Positions 40,767-50,068 of a stretch of 64,000 nucleotides of DNA are shown here, piece by piece (position 1 is the stretch's first letter; each line of letters begins with the position of its first letter). A model generated the notes under the pieces. That model made no database searches and had not been told where the DNA came from. It saw nothing but the letters and a program-made list of their open reading frames with translations. The stretch covers positions 23,437 through 87,436 of the forward strand of contig CAWIWZ010000007.1 in assembly GCA_963839885.1 (NCBI GenBank), in the 5' to 3' direction. The DNA comes from an uncultured Gammaproteobacteria bacterium (GTDB lineage Bacteria > Pseudomonadota > Gammaproteobacteria > Steroidobacterales > Steroidobacteraceae). The position numbers and the translations under genes were made by a program.

Positions 40767-41439
40767 GTGCGCCGGTTCCTGCTCGACAACGGGCTATCGA
40801 TCGTCGTCCTGATCCTGTTCCTGTTCTTCATGGTGGCGCAGGTGCTGATGGGCGCGCGCCAGTACAACGAGGAGCGGCTCGAACATGGCGAAGCGGCTGA
40901 TCGGTCTGGCCGCCTATCTGTCGAGCGGTCATTTCATCGAGGCAACGGCGGAGAATTGGGAGAGCGAGTTCCTGCAGATGGCAGCCTACGTGCTGCTGAC
41001 CATCGGGCTCTACCAGAAAGGATCATCCGAATCGAAGCAACCCGGACACCCGGAGGCCGTGGATCGCGATCCGCGCAAGATCACCGGCCGGGCGCTGAAG
41101 CAGGCGCCCTGGCCGGTCCGCCGCGGGGGCTGGGTGCTTCGTGTCTACGAGCACTCGCTTTCGCTGGCTTTTCTGGTCCTGTTCCTCACGTCGTTCATGC
41201 TTCACGCCATCGGGGGAGCCCGCGCTCATAACGCGGATCAGCTCCAGCACGGCGGTGAAACCCTCACGGTGACCGAATATCTCGGTACATCCCAATTCTG
41301 GTTCGAGTCCTTCCAGAACTGGCAGAGCGAATTCCTGTCCCTCGTCGCGATGGTGGTCCTCAGCATCTGGCTGCGCCAGCGCGGGTCGCCGGAATCGAAG
41401 CCCGTTCACGCGCCGCACGACGAAACCGGCAGTCCCTGA
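40767..41439 (+). pseudogene. Membrane protein of unknown function (resembles the family I recall being labelled DUF6766). One frame break near 40885-40900.
   Basis: ORF 40767.. (LSIVVLILFLFFMVAQVLMGARQYNEERLEHGE) continues in ORF 40885..41439 (ENWESEFLQMAAYVLLTIGLYQKGSSESK ... FQNWQSEFLSLVAMVVLSIWLRQRGSPESK). This is an internal two-fold repeat. Confidence 0.5.
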
Positions 41440-41510
41440 ATACCGGCACCCGCCGTTAGCAGCGGCCCGGCGGCGTTGTGTAAACTCTGCGCCGGAAGCG
41501 AGGGCGGACC

Positions 41511-42251
41511 ATGAGTGGAAGGCTGGCATATGTGACGGGCGGCATGGGTGGCATCGGCACGCCGATCTGCAGGCGGCTGTGCCAGGAGGGGTTTCGCGTC
41601 GTCGCCGGCTGTGGGCCGGGTTCCGAACGCAAGGACCGGTGGGTCGGCGAAATGCGTGCCAAGGGTTTCGAGGTTCACGCCTCGGAGGGCAATGTCGGGG
41701 ACTGGGAATCGACCCGCGCCGCCTTTGAAAAGGTGCGCAACGAACTGGGGCCGGTGGACGTGCTCGTCAACAATGCCGGGATCACTGCCGATGGCACCTT
41801 CCGGCGCATGACCTTTGACCGCTGGCACAAGGTCATCGACACGAATCTCAACAGCCTGTTTCACGTCACCAAGCAGGTGATCGACGGAATGCTCGATCGC
41901 GGTTGGGGGCGTATCATCAACATCTCGTCGGTCAACGGCCAGAAAGGCCAATTCGGCCAGACGAATTATTCGACAGCCAAGGCGGGCATCCACGGATTCA
42001 CTATGGCGCTCGCGCAGGAAGTCGCATCGAAAGGCGTCACCGTCAACACGGTGTCGCCCGGGTACATCGGCACGGACATGGTGCGTGCGATGAAGCCGGA
42101 CGTGCTGGAAAAGATCATCAGCACGATTCCGGTCGGCCGTCTCGGCACGCCGGAGGAGATCGCGTCGATCGTCGCGTGGCTCGCATCGGACGATGCAGCA
42201 TTTGCGACGGGCGCGGATTTCTCCCTGAACGGCGGCCTGCACATGGGCTAG
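41511..42251 (+). CDS. phbB: Acetoacetyl-CoA reductase (SDR).
   Basis: AYVTGGMGGIGTPICRRL, NNAGIT, SSVNGQKGQFGQTNYSTAKAG, GLHMG end. Typical PhaB signature. Confidence 0.8.
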   Translation: MSGRLAYVTGGMGGIGTPICRRLCQEGFRVVAGCGPGSERKDRWVGEMRAKGFEVHASEGNVGDWESTRAAFEKVRNELGPVDVLVNNAGITADGTFRRMTFDRWHKVIDTNLNSLFHVTKQVIDGMLDRGWGRIINISSVNGQKGQFGQTNYSTAKAGIHGFTMALAQEVASKGVTVNTVSPGYIGTDMVRAMKPDVLEKIISTIPVGRLGTPEEIASIVAWLASDDAAFATGADFSLNGGLHMG

Positions 42252-42269
42252 GGTAGGGAACCAACAAGA

Positions 42270-43379
42270 ATGAAGACGCGCGCAGCTATCGCCTGGGCGG
42301 CCGGAAAGCCGCTTGAAGTCGTCGATGTCGAGCTGGCCGGCCCGAAGGCCGGCGAGGTGCTGGTCGAGATCCGAGCGACCGGCGTCTGCCACACGGATGA
42401 ATTCACGCGTTCCGGCGCAGATCCGGAAGGATTGTTTCCGGTCATCTTCGGCCACGAGGGCGCGGGCGTCGTCGTCGATGTCGGACCCGGCGTCAAGTCG
42501 CTGAAGAAGGGCGATCACGTCATTCCGCTCTACACGCCGGAATGCCGCGAGTGCAAGTCATGCAAATCCCGCAAGACCAATCTTTGCACCGCGATCCGCG
42601 CCACTCAGGGCAAGGGCATGATGCCGGACGGCACCAGTCGGTTCTCGATCGACGGCAAACCCGTGCATCACTACATGGGCTGCTCGACATTCGCGAATCA
42701 CACGGTGCTGCCCGAGATTGCGCTCGCGAAGATCCGTGAAGATGCGCCCTTCGAGAAGGTCTGCTATATCGGCTGCGGCGTCACGACAGGCATCGGCGCG
42801 GTGATCAACACCGCGAAAGTGGAACCCGGTGCGAATGTCGTCGTGTTCGGACTCGGCGGCATCGGACTCAACGTGATCCAGGGCGCGCGCATGGCGGGCG
42901 CCGGGCGAATTGTCGGCGTTGACATCAATCCGCGGCGTAAGGTGCTTGCGGAGCGCTTCGGCATGACGCATTTCGTCAACCCGAAAGATGTCGAGGGCGA
43001 CCTGGTCGCACACCTGGTCGCATTGACCGACGGGGGCGCCGATTACAGCTTCGAATGCGTCGGCAGCGTCGATTTGATGCGCCAGGCCCTCGAATGCTGC
43101 CATCGCGGCTGGGGCGTATCGGTCATCATCGGCGTGGCCGGTGCGGGCCAGGAAATCAGGACGCGCCCGTTTCAGCTGGTGACGGGTCGCGTGTGGAAAG
43201 GCACCGCATTCGGCGGCGCGCGCGGGCGCACCGACGTGCCGAAGATCGTCGACTGGTACATGGAAGGGAAGATCAATATCGACGATCTGATCACGCACGT
43301 GATGCCGCTGCCGAAGATCAACGACGCCTTTGACCTGATGCACAAAGGCGAGTCCATCCGCAGTGTCGTGACATTCTGA
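42270..43379 (+). CDS. frmA: S-(hydroxymethyl)glutathione dehydrogenase / class III alcohol dehydrogenase.
   Basis: [89 protein letters not shown]. Confidence 0.9.
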   Translation: MKTRAAIAWAAGKPLEVVDVELAGPKAGEVLVEIRATGVCHTDEFTRSGADPEGLFPVIFGHEGAGVVVDVGPGVKSLKKGDHVIPLYTPECRECKSCKSRKTNLCTAIRATQGKGMMPDGTSRFSIDGKPVHHYMGCSTFANHTVLPEIALAKIREDAPFEKVCYIGCGVTTGIGAVINTAKVEPGANVVVFGLGGIGLNVIQGARMAGAGRIVGVDINPRRKVLAERFGMTHFVNPKDVEGDLVAHLVALTDGGADYSFECVGSVDLMRQALECCHRGWGVSVIIGVAGAGQEIRTRPFQLVTGRVWKGTAFGGARGRTDVPKIVDWYMEGKINIDDLITHVMPLPKINDAFDLMHKGESIRSVVTF

Positions 43380-43399
43380 AATAAGAAGGGGAATTACCC

Positions 43400-43975
43400 A
43401 TGGCAAAGATTTCAATCCATCCGGCGGTCGACAATGGCGTTAAGGCCGGCGCGGCGAACTTCGCCGGCGGCACGCTGACCTGCCGCTGCAAGAGCCAGCC
43501 GGTGACGGTCAACATCAAGGGCGACGTCGCCTTCAACCATGTCTGCGGCTGTACCAAGTGCTGGAAGCCGGAAGGCGCCGTCTTTTCGCTCGTCGGCGTC
43601 GTTGGCCGCGACAACCTGAGCATCGGCGCGAACGGGAACAAGCTGAAGGTCGTGGACGAGAAGGCGCCGATTCAGCGCCATGCCTGCACCGGCTGCGGCG
43701 TCCACATGTATGGCCGCATCGAGAACAAGAACCATCCTTTCTACGGCTTCGACTTCATCCACGTGGAGCTGTCGAAAGAAGCCGGCTGGGCGCCTCCCGA
43801 ATTCGCCGCATTCGTCTCGTCGATCATCGAGTCCGGCACCAAGCCAGACCAGATGGGCGCGGTGCGCGCGCGTCTGCGCGAGTTGAAGCTGGAACCCTAT
43901 GATTGCCTGAATCCCGCATTGATGGATGCCATCGCCACGCATACCGCGAAGGCGAAGGGCGTGCTGGCTGCTTGA
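43400..43975 (+). CDS. gfa: S-(hydroxymethyl)glutathione synthase (glutathione-dependent formaldehyde-activating enzyme).
   Basis: [55 protein letters not shown]. Matches Gfa zinc-Cys motifs. Confidence 0.88.
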   Translation: MAKISIHPAVDNGVKAGAANFAGGTLTCRCKSQPVTVNIKGDVAFNHVCGCTKCWKPEGAVFSLVGVVGRDNLSIGANGNKLKVVDEKAPIQRHACTGCGVHMYGRIENKNHPFYGFDFIHVELSKEAGWAPPEFAAFVSSIIESGTKPDQMGAVRARLRELKLEPYDCLNPALMDAIATHTAKAKGVLAA

Positions 43976-43992
43976 CCCGAGAGGCTTACGCC

Positions 43993-45288
43993 ATGAGCAA
44001 GATTGTCTGTGTGCTGTACGACGACCCGGTCACCGGTTATCCCAGGAAATATGCGCGCGATGACGTGCCGAAACTCACGCACTACCCCGGCGGACAGACC
44101 ATGCCGTCGCCGCAGGCGATCGATTTCAAGCCGGGCGCCCTGCTCGGCAGCGTGTCCGGCGAACTGGGCCTTCGCAAGTTCCTCGAGTCGCGCGGCCACA
44201 AGCTGGTCGTGACCTCCGACAAGGACGGACCGAACAGCCGCCTCGCAAAGGAAATCGTCGATGCCGAGGTCCTGATATCCCAGCCGTTCTGGCCGGCGTA
44301 TGCAACGGCAGACCTGATCGCGAAGGCGCCGAAGCTGAAGCTCATCATTACCGCCGGAATCGGCTCCGACCACACTGACCTGCAGGCCGCGATGAACCGC
44401 GGCATCACCGTCGCGGAAGTAACGTACTGCAACAGCATCAGCGTGTCTGAACACGTCGTGATGATGATTCTCTCGCTGGTGCGCAACTACATCCCGTCTC
44501 ACGATTGGGTCGTCAAGGGTGGCTGGAACATCGCGGACTGCGTGGAGCGTTCGTACGACGTCGAAGGCATGAATGTCGGCACGGTTGCATCGGGGCGCAT
44601 CGGGCTCGCGGTGCTGCGCCGGATGAAGCCGTTCGACGTCAAGCTGCATTACACGGATCGCCACCGTTTGCCCGAGGCCGTCGAACAGGAACTCAACGTC
44701 ACTTTCCATCCAAACGTCGAATCGATGGTCAGGGTCTGCGACGTCGTGACGATCAACTGTCCGTTGCACCCTGAAACCGAGGGCATGTTCAACGACGCGC
44801 TGATCGGGAAGATGAAGCGCGGGGCGTACATCGTAAACACCGCGCGCGGCAAGATCTGCGATCGCGACGCAATCGTGCGGGCACTCAAGAGCGGCCAGCT
44901 CGCGGGCTATGCGGGCGACGTGTGGTTTCCGCAGCCGCCGCCCCGCAACCATCCGTGGCGCACGATGCCGCACGAGGGCATGACGCCGCACATCTCGGGT
45001 TCATCGCTCTCGGCCCAGGCGCGCTACGCCGCGGGCACGCGCGAGATTCTTGAATGCTGGTTCGACAAGCGGCCGATCCGCAACGAGTACCTGATCGTGG
45101 ACCGGGGGCAGCTCGCGGGCATGGGCAAGCACTCTTACAGCGCCGGCAATGCCACGCGCGGCTCGGAAGAAGCCGCGAAGTTCAAGGCCGTTGCGAAGAC
45201 TGCGTCCGCGAAGAAGGTGCCCGCCAAAAAAGCGGCGAAACCGAAATCGAAGCCGAAGTCGCGGTCGAAAGCGAAAAAGAAGAAGTGA
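43993..45288 (+). CDS. fdh: NAD-dependent formate dehydrogenase with an unusual Lys/Ala/Pro-rich C-terminal tail.
   Basis: MSKIVCVLYDDPVTGYP, PFWPAYATADLIAKAPKLKL, TAGIGSDHTDL, GTVASGRIGLAV, INCPLHPETEGMF, GDVWFPQP, PHISGSSLSAQARY, GSEEAAKFK, then AVAKTASAKKVPAKKAAKPKSKPKSRSKAKKKK. The ORF track opens at 43903. Confidence 0.9.
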   Translation: MSKIVCVLYDDPVTGYPRKYARDDVPKLTHYPGGQTMPSPQAIDFKPGALLGSVSGELGLRKFLESRGHKLVVTSDKDGPNSRLAKEIVDAEVLISQPFWPAYATADLIAKAPKLKLIITAGIGSDHTDLQAAMNRGITVAEVTYCNSISVSEHVVMMILSLVRNYIPSHDWVVKGGWNIADCVERSYDVEGMNVGTVASGRIGLAVLRRMKPFDVKLHYTDRHRLPEAVEQELNVTFHPNVESMVRVCDVVTINCPLHPETEGMFNDALIGKMKRGAYIVNTARGKICDRDAIVRALKSGQLAGYAGDVWFPQPPPRNHPWRTMPHEGMTPHISGSSLSAQARYAAGTREILECWFDKRPIRNEYLIVDRGQLAGMGKHSYSAGNATRGSEEAAKFKAVAKTASAKKVPAKKAAKPKSKPKSRSKAKKKK

Positions 45289-45324
45289 CTGGCCGGCGGC
45301 GCGCCGGCGGCAGGCGCTGAGGCG

Positions 45325-46182
45325 ATGATCGCGGCGCCCGAGACGCTTTCCCGTCACCGTTCTTTCGGCGGCGTCGTGAGCTTTCACCGCCACGACGCCG
45401 CCGAGACATCCTCGGCGATGCGATTCGCGATCTACCTGCCGCCGCAGGCCGAGCGGCGGAAAGTGCCCGCGCTCTGGTACCTCGCGGGGCTCACCTGTAC
45501 CGAAGAGACATTCATGATAAAGGCGGGCGCGCAGCGCGTCGCTTCCGAGATTGGCATTGCGTTGATCGCGCCCGACACGAGTCCGCGCGGTGTGCCGCTG
45601 CCGGGGGACAGCGATGACTGGGACTTCGGCGTCGCGGCCGGTTTCTACGTCGATGCGACGGAGGAGCCATGGTCCCGGCACTACCGGATGTATTCCTGGG
45701 TCACGCGCGAACTGCCGTCACTCGTCGAACAGCACTTTCCGATCGATCCGCGCCGCCAGGGCATCTTCGGACATTCCATGGGCGGCCATGGCGCGCTGAC
45801 GATCGGCCTCAGGAACCCGGATCGGTACCGCTCGATTTCCGCTTTCGCTCCGATCTCGGCGCCGATGCATTGCCCGTGGGGGCAGAAAGCATTCGCCGGC
45901 TATCTTGGCGCGGATCGCGAGCGCTGGTGTGCCTACGACGCGAGCGAGCTGGTCCGCGCGCTGCCGACGGCGACTGGCCGGCCGCCGCTGCTCGTCGACC
46001 AGGGCATGGCGGACGCGTTCCTGGAGCAGCAGCTGATGCCGGAGCGGCTGGAGCAGGCCTGCAAGGACGCCGGCTATCCGCTGACGCTGCGGCGCCATGC
46101 CGGATACGACCACGGCTATTACTTCATTTCGACTTTCATCGAGGACCACCTGCGGCATCACGCGCGCGCATTGCTCGCGTGA
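45325..46182 (+). CDS. fghA: S-formylglutathione hydrolase (esterase D family).
   Basis: FAIYLPPQ, VPALWYLAGLTCTEETF, DTSPRG, GFYVDAT, MYSWVTRELP, GHSMGGHGAL, GYDHGYYFISTF. Confidence 0.9.
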   Translation: MIAAPETLSRHRSFGGVVSFHRHDAAETSSAMRFAIYLPPQAERRKVPALWYLAGLTCTEETFMIKAGAQRVASEIGIALIAPDTSPRGVPLPGDSDDWDFGVAAGFYVDATEEPWSRHYRMYSWVTRELPSLVEQHFPIDPRRQGIFGHSMGGHGALTIGLRNPDRYRSISAFAPISAPMHCPWGQKAFAGYLGADRERWCAYDASELVRALPTATGRPPLLVDQGMADAFLEQQLMPERLEQACKDAGYPLTLRRHAGYDHGYYFISTFIEDHLRHHARALLA

Positions 46183-46264
46183 GGGCTGCGTGGCCCTCGA
46201 GGGTGAATAAAGCGGATAATCGCCGTCCGCGCCGCGGCCACGCAGGTGGCCCAAGGGGGAACAG

Positions 46265-47372
46265 GTGAAGATCGGTTGTCCGAAGGAAATCAAGATCCAT
46301 GAATACCGCGTCGGCCTGGTGCCCGCGGGCGTGCGCGAACTGACGTCGGCCGGCCACGAAGTCGTGATCGAGACCGGCGCCGGCGCCGGCATCGGCATCA
46401 ATGACGACGCGTACAAGGCAGCCGGCGCGAGCGTGCTGCCCGATGCGAAATCGGTGTTCGCGGCCGCCGACATGATCGTCAAAGTCAAGGAGCCGCAATT
46501 GCCGGAATGCGCGCAGCTGCGCCACGGCCAGGTGCTCTTTACCTACCTCCATCTCGCGGCGGATGCCGAACAGGCGAAGGCGCTCGCGAAGTCGGGCGCG
46601 ACCGCGATCGCTTACGAAACGGTCACGGTGTCGGATCGCTCGCTGCCGCTGCTGACACCGATGAGCGAAGTCGCCGGCCGTATGTCCATCCAGGTCGGCG
46701 CCACGGCGCTGCAGAAGGCGAACGGCGGTTTCGGCGTGCTGCTGGGCGGCGTGCCGGGTGTCGCGCCGGCCCGCGTCGTGATTCTGGGTGGCGGCGTGGC
46801 GGGCACCAATGCGACCCAGATGGCGGTGGGCCTCGGTGCGCAGAGTCACCGTCGTTGACCGGTCATTGCGCCGACTTCGTGAACTCGATGCGCAGTTCGG
46901 CAGCACAATCGAAACGGCGTATTCCACCATCGAGTCCGTCGAACGGCTCGTGATCCAGGCCGACCTCGTCATCGGCGCGGTGCTGGTGACCGGCGCGGCG
47001 GCGCCGAAGCTCGTCACGCGGGACATGGTGCGGCGCATGGAAAAGGGCGCCGTGCTGGTCGATATCTCGATCGACCAGGGCGGCTGTTTCGAAACCAGCA
47101 AGCCGACGACGCATGCCGATCCGACCTATCTCGTCGATGGCGTCGTGCATTACTGCGTGACCAACATGCCGGGAGCCGTGCCGCGTACGTCCACGTTTGC
47201 GTTGACCAATGCGACGCTGCCATACGTGCGCGCGCTGGCCGATCTCGGATGGCGCAAGGCGCTCGGGCGCGATGCGGGATTCGCCGCCGGGCTGAACGTG
47301 CACGAAGGCTCGATCACACACGAGGCGGTCGCCCGCGATCTCGGCATGGAGTACCGGCCAGTCGCGCTCTGA
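46265..47372 (+). pseudogene. ald: Alanine dehydrogenase. One frame break near 46843.
   Basis: ORF 46265.. ([46 protein letters not shown]) continues in ORF 46788..47372 (VTVVDRS, VIGAVLVTGAAAPKLV, VLVDISIDQGGCFETS, HYCVTNMPGAVP). Confidence 0.88.
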
Positions 47373-47377
47373 GAATC

Positions 47378-47431
47378 AAAGGGGACGCACCCCTTTGCTC
47401 GATCGACTGATAAAGGGGTGCGTCCCCTTTT
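47378..47431. repeat. REP-like hairpin repeat pair between convergent genes (probable bidirectional terminator). Same family as 9658-9750.
   Basis: AAAGGGGACGCACCCCTTTG at 47378-47397 and AAAGGGGTGCGTCCCCTTTT at 47412-47431. Each folds as a 7-bp stem with a 5-nt loop, and they are reverse complements of each other. Confidence 0.6.
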
Positions 47432-49221
47432 CAAAAACCGCCATCGGGGATCGCGAGTGCCGTATCGTCGAGCGCGCGCAGGAGCGCGAACACGGGGGCG
47501 ATTCGCGGCAATTCATAACGGAAGAAGTACCGGCAGGCGGACAGCTTGCCGATGTGGAAGTCACGCTCGGTCGGTCCCGACGCGGCCGGAGCCGCCAGCG
47601 CGGCCAGGGCCTGGTCGAGCCAGCGCCAGGCAACGACTGCGTGACCGAGGCTGTCGAGATAGAGCGTCGCGTTCGCGAGCGCGCGCTCCGGATCCCCGGC
47701 CATGGCGGCGACAAGTACGCGCGTGGTCGCGCCGATGTCGTCGATCGCCTCGGTCAGCGCCGCCGCTTCACCGGCGAGTTCCCGTCGTGCTTGCGCTGCG
47801 TCGATAGTCGCCCTCATGCGGGCGAACAAGTCCCGTAGCGCGGACCCGCCATGCATCGGCACCTTGCGGCCGAGCAGATCGAGGCCATGGATGCCATGCG
47901 TGCCTTCGTGAATGTGATTGAGCCGGTTGTCGCGGTACAGCCGCTCGACCGGATAATCGCGCGTGTAACCGTAGCCGCCGTGGACCTGGATCGCGAGCTT
48001 GTTGGCTTCGAGGCAGTACTCGGACGGCCAGGATTTCGCGATCGGCGTCAGCAGTTCCAGCAGGTCGTGGAGTCGCGCCCGTTCACCGTCATCCGACGCG
48101 CAGCGCTCGAGGTCGGTGAGCCACGCGCAGTACAGCACGAGCGCAAGACCGCCTTCGACCCAGGCTTTCTGCGCGAGCAGCATGCGTCGCACGTCGCCAT
48201 GGCGAAGTATCGGCACCGGCGGCGAGGAGGGGTCTTTCGCGGACAGCGGCCGGCCCTGCGGCCGTTCGCGCGCGTAGGCGAGCGCTTCCTGGTACGCGGC
48301 ATAGCCGAGCGCGACAGCATTCATGCCGACGCCGATGCGCGCCGAGTTCATCATCTGGAACATGTAGCCGAGGCCGCGGTGTTCCTCGCCGATCAGTTCC
48401 GCCCGGCAGCGGCCCTGCTCGCCGAAAGACAACACGGCGTTCGTCGTGCCGCGCCATCCCATCTTGTGGTTGAGGCCCGCGAGCCGCACGTCGTTCGGAC
48501 CGGCGACATTGCCGTCATCGTCGATGCGGTCGCGCGGCACGGCGAACAACGAGATGCCGCGCACGCCAGGCGGGCCGCCGGGCACCTTGGCAAGCACGAG
48601 ATGGACGATCGTCTCGGCGAGTTCGTGGTCGCCGCCGGAAATCCACATCTTGCTGCCGGTCAGCAGGTAGCTGCCGTCCGGCTGTCGCACTGCCTGGCAG
48701 CGGATGTCGGTCAGCGACGATCCGGCGTGCGGTTCGGAGAGGCACATCGTGCCGGTGAAACGGCCGGAGATCATCGGCCGCATGAAGCGACGGCGAAGCT
48801 GCTCGTCGCCGAAACTGGCGAGCAGCTGGGCGGCGCCGGCGGTCAGCGCCGCATAGGAATGAAAAGCGACATTGGCGCTCGAGAACACAGCGGTGCAGGC
48901 CTTGGCAATCACAACGGGCAGTTGAAGCCCGCCATCCGCCGCGTCGAAGGTCGCTGCGGTGAACGACGCATCGTTGTAGGCCGTGAGCGCCGCCTTGGTT
49001 TCTGGAATTGTCCAGGCGCGGCCGTCGTCAATGCGTGGCTCGGCGACATCGGAGGCGGCGGCGAACGGCGCGAAGCGTTCCGCGGCGATCCGGTACGCCG
49101 CGTCGATGACGCCGTCGAAGACCGACCGGTCGTGGTCCGCATAGCGCGGCAGGCGGCAGAGTGCCGCGGCGTCCAGCACTTCGAACAGCTGGAAATCAAG
49201 GTCGCGGCGCGGGATGAGCAT
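47431..49221 (-). CDS. Large (about 596 aa) acyl-CoA dehydrogenase with an extended C-terminal domain.
   Basis: From MLIPRRDLDFQLFEVL: GTMCLSEPHAGSSLTDI, GSKMWISGGDHEL, RIGVGMNAVALGY, QVHGGYGYTRDYPVERLYRDNRLNHIHEGTHGI. The ORF-track extension to 50109 is antisense to the SDR gene and is rejected. Confidence 0.85.
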   Translation of the reverse strand: MLIPRRDLDFQLFEVLDAAALCRLPRYADHDRSVFDGVIDAAYRIAAERFAPFAAASDVAEPRIDDGRAWTIPETKAALTAYNDASFTAATFDAADGGLQLPVVIAKACTAVFSSANVAFHSYAALTAGAAQLLASFGDEQLRRRFMRPMISGRFTGTMCLSEPHAGSSLTDIRCQAVRQPDGSYLLTGSKMWISGGDHELAETIVHLVLAKVPGGPPGVRGISLFAVPRDRIDDDGNVAGPNDVRLAGLNHKMGWRGTTNAVLSFGEQGRCRAELIGEEHRGLGYMFQMMNSARIGVGMNAVALGYAAYQEALAYARERPQGRPLSAKDPSSPPVPILRHGDVRRMLLAQKAWVEGGLALVLYCAWLTDLERCASDDGERARLHDLLELLTPIAKSWPSEYCLEANKLAIQVHGGYGYTRDYPVERLYRDNRLNHIHEGTHGIHGLDLLGRKVPMHGGSALRDLFARMRATIDAAQARRELAGEAAALTEAIDDIGATTRVLVAAMAGDPERALANATLYLDSLGHAVVAWRWLDQALAALAAPAASGPTERDFHIGKLSACRYFFRYELPRIAPVFALLRALDDTALAIPDGGF

Positions 49222-49290
49222 GCGCGATTGTAGCGGCCGTTGGATCGCGGCCGGAATGCTAGGATGCGGAACGGTTGCGGGAGCGCGGAC

Positions 49291-50055
49291 TTGGCGGACA
49301 GCAGCTTCGACCTGGGCGGCCGCATCGCCTTCATCACCGGCGCGAGCCGCGGCATCGGTCGCGCGATCGCACACAAACTCGCGAGTCATGGCGCGATTGT
49401 CGTGGCCGCGAGCCGCAAGCTCGAAGGCTGCGAAATCGTCGCCGCCGAAATCCGTGCCGCGGGCGGGCAGGCGTCGGCACTGGCCTGCCATATCGGCGAG
49501 CCCGATCAGATCTCGGAAGCGATCCGGGAGATCGACCGTCGTCACGGACGGCTGGACATCCTGGTCAACAATGCGGCAACCAATCCCCACTTCGGGCCGT
49601 CTCTGGACATGACGCTCGCGGCCTACCAGAAGACGGTGGATGTCAATATCCGCGGCTACTTCTGGACGTCGCTCGAGGCGGCGCGCCGCATGATCGCTCA
49701 AGGCAAGGGCGCGATCGTCAACGTCGCGTCGGTGAACGCCATCCGGCCCATGGACGGCCAGGCCGTCTATTCGATGACGAAGGCGGCGATCGTCAACATG
49801 ACGCAGGGTCTCGCCCGCGAATGGGCGCGCCAGGGCGTGCGGGTCAATGCGCTGGTGCCCGGTCTCGTCCAGACGCGGTTCGCCGCGGCCATACACGAGG
49901 ACGAGAAGCGGCGCGCGACGATGGAACGGCTGGTGCCGATGGGCCGCATCGCGCAACCGGAAGAAATGGCGGGCGCCGCGCTGTACCTGGTCTCCGATGC
50001 CGCGTCCTATACGACCGGCAGTTGCCTGACCGCGGACGGGGGATGGCTGGCCTAG
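49291..50055 (+). CDS. SDR-family oxidoreductase.
   Basis: (M)ADSSFDLGGRIAFITGASRGIGRAIA, NNAA, SVNAIRPMDGQAVYSMTKAA, GSCLTADGGWLA. TTG 49291 is preceded by GGGAG. ATG 49264 and TTG 49240 are alternative starts. Confidence 0.8.
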   Translation: MADSSFDLGGRIAFITGASRGIGRAIAHKLASHGAIVVAASRKLEGCEIVAAEIRAAGGQASALACHIGEPDQISEAIREIDRRHGRLDILVNNAATNPHFGPSLDMTLAAYQKTVDVNIRGYFWTSLEAARRMIAQGKGAIVNVASVNAIRPMDGQAVYSMTKAAIVNMTQGLAREWARQGVRVNALVPGLVQTRFAAAIHEDEKRRATMERLVPMGRIAQPEEMAGAALYLVSDAASYTTGSCLTADGGWLA

Positions 50056-50068
50056 CCGGGAACACTGC

